Positions 10,475 through 18,860 of a stretch of DNA of 64,000 bases are shown in pieces. Below the pieces are notes generated by a model, which was given only the letters and a program-made list of their open reading frames with translations, was not told the DNA's origin and made no database searches. How positions within the stretch are numbered: position 1 is the stretch's first letter; each line of letters begins with the position of its first letter. Origin of the DNA: Pseudomonadota bacterium (GTDB lineage Bacteria > Pseudomonadota > Gammaproteobacteria > Comchoanobacterales > Comchoanobacteraceae); assembly GCA_036121365.1 (NCBI GenBank), contig JAZAFR010000001.1:42026-106025 (forward strand). Direction: 5' to 3'. The position numbers and the translations under genes were made by a program.

Positions 10475-11527
10475 TTGGTCATTATACTTTTTTTCCTATA
10501 TAATGCTCTAGAATTTAGCAAGGAGGGCGACGATTTAGGCGCCAAATGGAACACAGTGAGCATTGAAATTTCTAAAATACAAAACGTCGTCTCTAACGAA
10601 CTGCAACTTCTAGAACGCATCATTGCAAAATCAAATCAAAGCGAGATATCGCTTGCCAATAGTGTTTGTCAACATCTGATTCAATCACAAGGCAAGAGAA
10701 TCCGGCCCATGGTGCTTATTTTATCTGCGCTAGCATCTGGCTACAAAAGTCATGAGAACTTACACCTTGATTTGGCATGCATCATTGAATTCATCCATAC
10801 AGCCACACTACTGCATGATGATGTCATAGACAACAGCGACCAGCGCCGACATCAACCAACTGCTCATGTGTTGTGGGGCAATACAGCCAGCATCCTTTCA
10901 GGTGACCTCCTTTATGCCAAGGCTTTTCGTAAGATTGCAGAGATTAAAAGTCCTGCAATATTGCAAGTCCTTGCTGAAGCCACTGAGAAAATTGTTGAGG
11001 GGGAATTGGAACACCTGCAGTGTAAAAGAAAAATCACCACTTCAAAACTTACCTATCTTAATGTCATTAGCGCTAAAACTGCCAAGCTCTTTTCGGTGGC
11101 CACACATCTCGGGTGCATGATCAATACCAATATTGACTGTATAGACTCCATGGCAGAGTATGGGCACCACTTGGGTATTATATTTCAGATCATGGATGAC
11201 ATTCTGGATATTGAATCTCCAAATGCACTTGGAAAGCCAAAAGGGCAAGATGTGCTCGAAGGCAAACCCACCCTGCCTTTGATTCTGGCTTATGAACACG
11301 CGTCCCCTGAAGACAAACAGACCATTGAGACATTGTTTCTTGATGAAAAAACCACCATTGAGGATTTAGCACCTTATATTGAAAAAACCAATGCCATTGC
11401 ACTTGCCAAACAAGAAGCTCGCACCGCGTGTAATCTTGCAAAAGACTGCCTTAAAGTCCTACCTGACTCCGAGTATAAAAACGCCTTGTCTGATCTGGTT
11501 GATTTTGCCTATTCTAGGAATCACTGA
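10475..11527 (+). CDS. ispB: Octaprenyl-diphosphate synthase. The true start is probably internal, for example GTG 10556.
   Basis: GKRIRP, LLHDDVIDNSDQRR (first DDxxD), FQIMDDILD (second DDxxD) and GKPTLP motifs. Divergent from rplU as in other gammaproteobacteria. The TTG-initiated N-terminal 27 aa of the tracked ORF are unlike IspB. Confidence 0.9.
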   Translation: MVIILFFLYNALEFSKEGDDLGAKWNTVSIEISKIQNVVSNELQLLERIIAKSNQSEISLANSVCQHLIQSQGKRIRPMVLILSALASGYKSHENLHLDLACIIEFIHTATLLHDDVIDNSDQRRHQPTAHVLWGNTASILSGDLLYAKAFRKIAEIKSPAILQVLAEATEKIVEGELEHLQCKRKITTSKLTYLNVISAKTAKLFSVATHLGCMINTNIDCIDSMAEYGHHLGIIFQIMDDILDIESPNALGKPKGQDVLEGKPTLPLILAYEHASPEDKQTIETLFLDEKTTIEDLAPYIEKTNAIALAKQEARTACNLAKDCLKVLPDSEYKNALSDLVDFAYSRNH

Positions 11528-11846
11528 CGGAAATAAAAGATCTGATTTTACATTATAAACCTACTTTACAATCGATCTTAGTCAAACAGACACACGTTTG
11601 GCTTTTCTTGTTTCATAAACTGGTTGTTTTTCGATTTTTTATACACCTTTGCATGCGTTTAAAGATAACGATTTTCCATATCACTGACATAAAATTACTT
11701 TCTATGCTTGTCTTTTATTATCTTTTTGTTATGAGATTCAGGAACTTTTTTGCTAACACAATATATTTTCGCACCCCTACCTACATAACTTGACTCAAGA
11801 CAACAATTCCAGCATAATGTGATGCAGTTAATTTAATGGAAAAACA

Positions 11847-12524
11847 ATGAATAACAAAAGTGATTCAACTTACTCAAGTTACTTAACTTATTTTTCAGAC
11901 AGTCTCTGTCCTAGACAGACTAGTCAGCCTGAAGCGCAGCTGCCTGAAGCGCAGATCATAGGTCGCATTTGTAATATTTTCAAAGTGCTTGACTCTGCCC
12001 GAAACCTAGATCAAGTTCAGCCATGGCAAACGGCAAAAGAGCGAATAGTAGAATTATTGCTTGCCAACGGACGCTATGTTGTAAATAAAGATTTACCCTC
12101 TATTGACTACTCATCTTACACGATTAGAGACCTGGCAAGACATATGCAAGCTATCGAGCTGGATGATACTCCATCTACAACGCTGTGCCAGTCACTTTTT
12201 CCATGTTTTGACTGTTCTGAACCGATGCCTAAACCGCAATTACACAGATATACAGCGCTAGGGACACGCGTTGATCGTACGGGAACCCCCCTGGCCTTGA
12301 CCATGCTGGCACTCGAGAAGTTTACACGAGATTGGATCAGCAAAGAACCATTAAAAATACAGACCTCTCCGATGATTAGAGAACCTGAACCCATTTTATC
12401 AGACAGTGTTAGGCCTGAGCAGAAAAACTCCAGAATCGTCACTCTACAACCGAATAAGTTGCAAGACAATATCCCGTTGCAAGAAGGCTCTCCTTCCTCT
12501 GCAGCCGAACATCCATCTATTTAG
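11847..12524 (+). CDS. Hypothetical protein, paralog of 12899..13360
   Basis: 225-aa ORF. Shares YT(I/L)..LA....EL..LDD and G(T/S)PL...M.ALEK(F/Y) blocks with the next ORF. Confidence 0.7.
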   Translation: MNNKSDSTYSSYLTYFSDSLCPRQTSQPEAQLPEAQIIGRICNIFKVLDSARNLDQVQPWQTAKERIVELLLANGRYVVNKDLPSIDYSSYTIRDLARHMQAIELDDTPSTTLCQSLFPCFDCSEPMPKPQLHRYTALGTRVDRTGTPLALTMLALEKFTRDWISKEPLKIQTSPMIREPEPILSDSVRPEQKNSRIVTLQPNKLQDNIPLQEGSPSSAAEHPSI

Positions 12525-12540
12525 CTCTAGATTTGTACTT

Positions 12541-12573
12541 GAATATCGCCCACTTATTCAAAGGGCGATATTC
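12541..12573 (+). terminator. Strong hairpin after 11847..12524
   Basis: GAATATCGCCC / GGGCGATATTC perfect 11-bp stem with an 11-nt loop, 17 nt after the stop. The T-rich run is not immediately adjacent. Confidence 0.55.
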
Positions 12574-12898
12574 TTATCTAAAATGATTTTTTTTGTATAT
12601 GTGATCACAATGATCGATGATACCCCACTTAAAGACCTCAGATAATCTTGCTGTTGATCATCTTGTGCCCTTTGTTGTCTGCATTTATTCCACCCTTGAC
12701 CCATCCCTTGAATCCTTCTTGCCTCTCCATCGCCCTGGGCATACACCAGTTCCTGTGTCCCATTATTCCTCAATCTGATACTTTACAACCTAACCATTCC
12801 AGGCCAGCCTTCTAACTCAATCCCTTTTATCCCTTGTCTATTGACATGTCTTTATTAATCCTGTGTACTGTTATTCATTATACCCATAGCGACACTTC

Positions 12899-13360
12899 AT
12901 GTTTACCTCTAGACCATTCCTAAGACACGACTATTCTGATGACTCTATTATTTTAGAAATCTGCACTGCATTTTCTCAATTCTTAGAAGACCCCTCCGAA
13001 AAATCCTGGTTTTTAGCGAAAAACAATGCTCTTAGCTTACTTGAAAAACAACCCCGTTATCAGTCCATCAGAACTCAGCGTGATGACATCAAGCACTGCA
13101 GAATAGAAGATGGCTACACACTTGACACACTGGCTCAAGAGCTACAGTACTACGAGCTTCGCGCCTTGGACGATATGACCAATAATAACACACATTCAGA
13201 ACAGACAACCCCATATGATTCATCCGCTCCTCTCTTGCGAAGACAATTGTCTATCTGGAACACGACCTCTGATTCTCACGGATCCCCTCTCACGTTTGCC
13301 ATGCGCGCACTGGAAAAATATCAATTTGTAAAAAACCCCATGCAAGAGAGCCGCTTATAA
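12899..13360 (+). CDS. Hypothetical protein, paralog of 11847..12524
   Basis: 153-aa ORF with the same conserved blocks as its upstream neighbour. Confidence 0.65.
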   Translation: MFTSRPFLRHDYSDDSIILEICTAFSQFLEDPSEKSWFLAKNNALSLLEKQPRYQSIRTQRDDIKHCRIEDGYTLDTLAQELQYYELRALDDMTNNNTHSEQTTPYDSSAPLLRRQLSIWNTTSDSHGSPLTFAMRALEKYQFVKNPMQESRL

Positions 13361-13491
13361 CCCCTCAGCGGAACTTCCATAACTTGACCTTTCTTCAGAG
13401 CACAGAAATAGCAACAATTCCCGCATCAATCCGATTGTTGAAATTTATGGCCTTGCTCCTCCAAACCATGACCATAACCTGGCTGTATCCT

Positions 13492-13508
13492 GTGTCTTTC
13501 TTAGACAC
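13492..13508 (+). terminator. Hairpin plus T-run
   Basis: GTGTCT-ttctt-AGACAC followed by tcttttta. Confidence 0.4.
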
Positions 13509-13612
13509 TCTTTTTATGGTTTAATGTCCCATAAAAATCTGAAATACAATCATCCCCCCCAACGATAAGGCCCCTCTGGCTTGACATTTTTGGCTCTCTG
13601 TCTTCATTATAT

Positions 13613-16600
13613 CTATTCTGACGGTCCTGACGGTCCTGACGATTCTGACGGTGCCTCTGGCGTTCTCTCCGCAACAGTTTTAATTTCATCTTTTAAATCA
13701 GCCGCTTTAACACTCCCTTCCTTTGCCATCTCAAGCAAACCTGACAGTTTACTTGCTGCATCTCGATGAGTTTCTATTTTGCCTAGATGTTCAGATGTTT
13801 CCCGATGCTGTGACTCTTTTGATCTGTCTATATGTTCAGATGTTTCCTGATGCAGTGACTCTTTTGAAGTGTCTCCTTCTGATACTTTTTGTATTACACT
13901 TTCCATTATTTTATCTTTCATTACTTTGAGTGCCGCATTTGTGATTTGCCCGAGACTCTCCTCCAAATTACGCTCTTTTATCTCTTCAACAGGTACCTCT
14001 TCAATAGGAATCGTCTTTACTTCAAATATCTTTTCAGTGCTTTCAGTGCTTTCAGTTCTTTCACCACTTATTGTCTCTACCTTTGTCTCTACTACCACTG
14101 CCTCATCTTTTATTTTACTCTGCACTTCATCTGCGGTTACATACTTATCTACCCCCATTTCCTTCACTCGAGCCGTGACTATTGCTTTGTTGAGTTCAAC
14201 AATATCGTCAATATTCATATCTATACCGTCACCAGAGCCGATAGCATCTCTACTAGTCGTTTCTCCCCCAACTTTTTCCTTAATTCCTATTAATAACTCC
14301 ACATCGCTCTTGTCTTGTAAATCTGCTAAGTCTTTATTTGCTAGATCTGTCAATAGGCTATCTGCATGTTTCTCTAAGCCCAGACCCTTTAATCGTTCTT
14401 TGACTATTTCTTTTGCTTTCTCTACTGCTTTGCCTATTGCTTTGTCGAGTTCGCCAATACTTTTAACATCCTCAACATCCTGAGGTCTAGAAATAGAAAC
14501 GATTGTATCTCTATTTGTCGTTTCTTCCGGCCCAACCTTTTCCTCAATTCCTATTAATAACTCCAAATCGCTCTTGTCTTGTAAACCTGCTAAGTCTTCA
14601 TTTTGTAGATCTGTCAATAGGCCATCAGCATGCCCTCCTAAGCCCAGTCCCTTTAATCGTACTTTGACTATACACTTGTTAATATCACCCTGTGTTTCTG
14701 CAATTGCTAATGCCCTGAAATCACTGTCATCCTTTATTTTCAATAATTTATCTCTGTTTGCTTCAGTTATTTCACCTTTTCTCAGAAACTCACTTATTTT
14801 TGTTAGGGCTGTCTCTTTCACTGCTTTATTGAATTTACCTTCCAGATACTTCGTATAATAATCTCTGCGTTCTTCTTCTGAAACTCCCTTCACTCTTTCA
14901 CGTATTTGGCCTATAAATCGGCAAATCCTACCGAATGCAACCGCAGGTGCGTACCATTTTCCAGGAGGAGAAAGACTTTCTATTTGCTTGTCTGTAAATA
15001 TTCGTAAATATTTCTCAGGCTCATCTATTCCACAATTATTTCTTAATTGATTAGAATATACCGCTGTTATATCTGCTTCCCTGGCACTTTTAATCGATTC
15101 TTCTAGTTTTACCTTCCCTTTTTCCCAGGCCTTAATTTTTTTCTCTAACACCTCTATTTCTCTTCTCTTCTTTTCTATTTTTTCATTAATTTTACCTTGT
15201 TCTTCACTGGTTGTTTTTGGTTCTAATTCACCTATTTCTGATTCTTTTTCTTCGATTTTTTCTTGTAGTTTTTGTATTTTTTCTTCGATTTTCTTTTCAC
15301 CTTTTGTCACCAACCCTTTGTTCATTTTTGCACACAAATGATCAACCTCTCGATTAACTAAAAATGCTGGATTCTCTTGTTCTGCAATTGCCACAAACAC
15401 GCTCGGCATCAACGACCTTTTCCACGACTTGTTTGCTTGATGCTCCTGTGCTCCTTGCACATTCCCACCCGCTGAGTTATGAGCAGTCACTTTATCGTGG
15501 TACCCATCTTTGTCATGTAAATCATCAATTTCCTGATATGTAATCATCATATTATATATTGCAGTCATTTCAGGGGTGAACTCACTTTTCATTCTGTTAT
15601 CTCCACCATTAGCATTCTTAGCTGCTTCATATATATCATTTAATCTATCAGGGTTTTCTTTGCCCATTTCATCAACCAGGTTTTTAACCTTGTCTGGGTT
15701 AGGCATTTTCCAGTCTGGATCACGCATTAAGCTACTGGCCATTGCCTTTTTTATCATTTTGACCATTGCTGCTCTATCTTTATTACTTTTGCACCCCTCT
15801 GAATAGAGATCATACGTCGCATTCAAAAGACCACTTGCGGCCGCCATTCTGAACAGGTGGTTATTGCTTGCTGCACCACCAAAATCTCCAACATTTTTCT
15901 TAAAACTAAACTCTTCACTATCTTGCTGCTCATATACCTCCCTAAAAACCTGAAACTCTGCCATTCTTTCTATGCTTTCTGATGAATATTCACTCAAACT
16001 TGGGTAGTTTTTTTTCAAGTCTTCGGGTCTCATTGTTCCACAATAGACAGCTCGTAAGTCTTTCATTTGTTCTTCATCTTCGAAAATTTCATCTATTATT
16101 TTACCTTGTGCAGTGACGTCTGCTTGGGCCTTTTCTCCTATTTTATATAAAGCATTATCATCTAGAGCATTTGAATACGCTCCATACTTTTCTACTAAAA
16201 TTTCTCGGTTCTCAGGTCTTTCTCCATATTTTTCTAATGCTTCTTCTATTTTCTTTTTTTTATCGCCTTCTACCCTTTCTTGTAGTGACAACTCCTTCTT
16301 TGACTCTTCTTGTAGTTTTTCCTCGAAACCATTGGTTGTACCACTTGTTTCAGCATCTGTTTCAGCATCTGCCAATTCTGCCAATTCTGCCAATTCTGCC
16401 AATTTGTCACTGGGTATGCTCTCAAGAATCTCATAGTAATTACCTATTTTTAAATCAATCATCTTTGAGAGTATTGTTTTGGCGTCAGCAAGTCTTTTTG
16501 ATCTTTTCTTGTTACTTTCTTCCACCCCTTCACTTAGTTTATCATTGAACTTTTTTTCCCCCCCAGCACGTCCAATAGCACCTTGATCAATAAAGGAGAA

Positions 16601-17551
16601 TATAAGCCCCCTATTTGTACTGGGGAATCTTTTTGTAGCCCCTTCTTTATCCTTCTCAAATCGTAACTCTCTCTTTTTAAAGTCCTCTGTAAGTTTTTCA
16701 GCATCTGATTTTCCAAAATGTGCAGTTGAATATTCCTCGGTTGTCCTGAAAGTTTGATACTCTCCTCCCGGTTCCCTCCTAGCATACTCTGTTTTAATTT
16801 TTAGTGCATTTCGTGTCACGATAAATAACTTCCCATCTACTAAATTGCTAAAATGAAACAACTTTGGGTCCACACTTTTTAATCCTATGGATATACTCCT
16901 CAAGACTTCTTTTTTATTTTCATCTGAAAGTCCTTTTAATTTTTTCATATCAAATAAATTTTTTAAAGTTCCTTCATTATTCTTAATAAATCCCCCTACA
17001 TCACCATCCTCACTAAAACCGTCCTGTATTACCCGTAAGGCTTCTGTCACTTCTTGTGTATTTTCTGCCACTTCGACTGTGGTTGTTATTTTTAGTTGCT
17101 GCCCACCTTCTTCTCCCCTTACGAACTCTTGCGTATTCAGGACTCCATCTTCTTTTTGGCGCCTTAAAGATAACAAGCCTAGAGCACCTTCCACTGATTT
17201 ACCAGGTTTGACTGAAAACTCAAATTTATTATCGCCCACATCAGCATCTTCAGACATAGTAGTAGAAGCAGCAGCATCAGCAGTATCACTAGCAGCAGTC
17301 CTAATATCAGTAAAATCAGTATCCGTAGTAGCAGCATTATAAGTAGCAGTACCAAGCCTTTTAGCACCAGCCTCAATAGCAGTAAGAGCTGACAAAGTGC
17401 CAACACCAACACTAGCAACAGCACCAACACCAGCACCAACACCAACACCAACACAAAGAGCACTAACAGCAACAACAACACTACCAGCCCGCGCGGCACC
17501 AATATTTAGATTACTCAAAAAAGTACTTTTCACATAAAATCCTTCAATCAC
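13613..17551 (-). CDS. Giant repeat-rich hypothetical protein (1312 aa) with an N-terminal Gly/Val/Ala hydrophobic segment and coiled-coil regions
   Basis: Unbroken 3.9-kb ORF with a GTG start. The N-terminus reads VVVAVSALCVGVGVGAGVGAVASVGVG. Lys/Glu heptad-like stretches (EKIQKLQEKIEEKESEIGELE), several internal repeats and an acidic Ser/Pro tail. Confidence 0.9.
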   Translation of the reverse strand: MIEGFYVKSTFLSNLNIGAARAGSVVVAVSALCVGVGVGAGVGAVASVGVGTLSALTAIEAGAKRLGTATYNAATTDTDFTDIRTAASDTADAAASTTMSEDADVGDNKFEFSVKPGKSVEGALGLLSLRRQKEDGVLNTQEFVRGEEGGQQLKITTTVEVAENTQEVTEALRVIQDGFSEDGDVGGFIKNNEGTLKNLFDMKKLKGLSDENKKEVLRSISIGLKSVDPKLFHFSNLVDGKLFIVTRNALKIKTEYARREPGGEYQTFRTTEEYSTAHFGKSDAEKLTEDFKKRELRFEKDKEGATKRFPSTNRGLIFSFIDQGAIGRAGGEKKFNDKLSEGVEESNKKRSKRLADAKTILSKMIDLKIGNYYEILESIPSDKLAELAELAELADAETDAETSGTTNGFEEKLQEESKKELSLQERVEGDKKKKIEEALEKYGERPENREILVEKYGAYSNALDDNALYKIGEKAQADVTAQGKIIDEIFEDEEQMKDLRAVYCGTMRPEDLKKNYPSLSEYSSESIERMAEFQVFREVYEQQDSEEFSFKKNVGDFGGAASNNHLFRMAAASGLLNATYDLYSEGCKSNKDRAAMVKMIKKAMASSLMRDPDWKMPNPDKVKNLVDEMGKENPDRLNDIYEAAKNANGGDNRMKSEFTPEMTAIYNMMITYQEIDDLHDKDGYHDKVTAHNSAGGNVQGAQEHQANKSWKRSLMPSVFVAIAEQENPAFLVNREVDHLCAKMNKGLVTKGEKKIEEKIQKLQEKIEEKESEIGELEPKTTSEEQGKINEKIEKKRREIEVLEKKIKAWEKGKVKLEESIKSAREADITAVYSNQLRNNCGIDEPEKYLRIFTDKQIESLSPPGKWYAPAVAFGRICRFIGQIRERVKGVSEEERRDYYTKYLEGKFNKAVKETALTKISEFLRKGEITEANRDKLLKIKDDSDFRALAIAETQGDINKCIVKVRLKGLGLGGHADGLLTDLQNEDLAGLQDKSDLELLIGIEEKVGPEETTNRDTIVSISRPQDVEDVKSIGELDKAIGKAVEKAKEIVKERLKGLGLEKHADSLLTDLANKDLADLQDKSDVELLIGIKEKVGGETTSRDAIGSGDGIDMNIDDIVELNKAIVTARVKEMGVDKYVTADEVQSKIKDEAVVVETKVETISGERTESTESTEKIFEVKTIPIEEVPVEEIKERNLEESLGQITNAALKVMKDKIMESVIQKVSEGDTSKESLHQETSEHIDRSKESQHRETSEHLGKIETHRDAASKLSGLLEMAKEGSVKAADLKDEIKTVAERTPEAPSESSGPSGPSE
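14130..14660. repeat. 264-bp (88-aa) tandem duplication inside the 1312-aa ORF
   Basis: aattcctattaataactcc occurs at 14282 and 14546, a period of 264. The protein units are RLKGLGL(G/E).HAD.LLTDL...DLA.LQDKSD.ELLIGI.EKVG. Confidence 0.85.
16345..16406. repeat. Short coding tandem repeats: 12 bp x2, then 9 bp x3 plus one partial unit
   Basis: tttcagcatctg x2, then gccaattct x3 plus gccaatttg. Encodes LAELAELAELADAETDAET. Confidence 0.85.
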
Positions 17552-17937
17552 ACTTACATACTCTTATAGACTAAAACCTACAAAAAATCCGAATTATTAT
17601 TAATTTTTTTCATACCAGACATTCATCTTTATTGGCTTGATTTTCTTCTGTCTGATCCATGTTTAAATATTTTTATTTATCATATGCTTATATGGAAACA
17701 CCCTCATTTTCGCACATTCCACATTTTTCTTTGTTACACTGATTTTTTATATTCTGCTCTCTACTTCTATCTACTCTTATTGCTATTTTTACAGCGCAAC
17801 CAACCATCACCTTCTGCAATAGCACATCAGTTATCTCATTTTCCTGCTCTGCTTCCCCATTTTCTCAATGACATGATACAACACACACCCGCACAAAAAC
17901 CTTCAATCAAAAAAGCGCCATTTTCATCTCAACTGAA

Positions 17938-18579
17938 TCACTCCTCATCTCGAATGAATGGCACAAAACGACAATACAATGGCACTTTGTGCCTGACAAT
18001 CTTCCTAAGCTCGCCTCCAGATTTTTGCCATAACGTCATTGCCATCTTGTTGACATCCTCTTTGGCATAAGGCAATAATAAAACGCCCCCGTCCTGCAAG
18101 GCATGCACCCAATTATTCGGAATATCACCCAAAACACCACAGGTTGCCATCAATACATCTAACCCCCTCTCCTGCAAATCCCAGCCACTCGCATGCGCCA
18201 CCTGTACCCTCTCATACCCCAAACGTTTTAACCTCTCCTTTGCCGCCTGCGCCAATGGACCCACTCGCTCAATGCCAATCACACGCTCAAAAAACTCACT
18301 CAAAATCGCCACCTGATATCCCGAACCTGCTCCCATCTCACAAGCAAGCCCACTGCCCTTGGCCTCCTTTATCACCATGTCTGTCATCATCGCCACCATA
18401 AATGGCTGCGAAATGGTCTGTCCATGCCCAATTGAACAAGGCCTATCCTCGTCTGTTCCGCCGAAATCTCCTCTGTCCAACCTCGACATCACATCCAAAA
18501 TCCGCTCATCTATCGGATCATCCTGATAATACTTCGCATGCTTTTTGATTGCCTCTATCATCTCAGATCTTGCCACCAT
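17938..18579 (-). CDS. pcm: Protein-L-isoaspartate O-methyltransferase
   Basis: GHGQTISQPFMVAMM and the SAM-binding motif EMGAGSGYQVAILS. 213 aa. Confidence 0.9.
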   Translation of the reverse strand: MVARSEMIEAIKKHAKYYQDDPIDERILDVMSRLDRGDFGGTDEDRPCSIGHGQTISQPFMVAMMTDMVIKEAKGSGLACEMGAGSGYQVAILSEFFERVIGIERVGPLAQAAKERLKRLGYERVQVAHASGWDLQERGLDVLMATCGVLGDIPNNWVHALQDGGVLLLPYAKEDVNKMAMTLWQKSGGELRKIVRHKVPLYCRFVPFIRDEE

Positions 18580-18860
18580 TTCTCCTTCCCTCCATTCAAT
18601 CCATTACCGCCATCCATGCCCATACAACCTCTACCCACTATACCACCCCAACCCAAACGATACCACCGATTCTATTAGACTCCGTAGCTGCCGAGATTCA
18701 ACCTCGCTACCCCCAATACCATCCGTTACCCAACATACACTTTAACACTCATATTCCTTGCCCAAACCACCCTCAAAACCTCCCATTAATCTGCGTGAAT
18801 CCCTTCTCATCATAACCCGTATGTGTTATAATTTTTGTCTATTTTTTTGCAAAACCTCTC

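Noticed and set aside
13723-17502. Many antisense or alternative-frame ORFs inside the 1312-aa gene (for example 13869..14483, 16887..17342, 17179..17502)
   Set aside because: They are low-complexity products of the repeat-rich, stop-poor opposite strand. The 3.9-kb minus-strand frame is the only one that is continuous.
18580-18860. A degraded surE upstream of pcm
   Set aside because: Translating the minus strand in all frames gave only short peptides (at most 36 codons) with no resemblance to the SurE C-terminus as I recall it.
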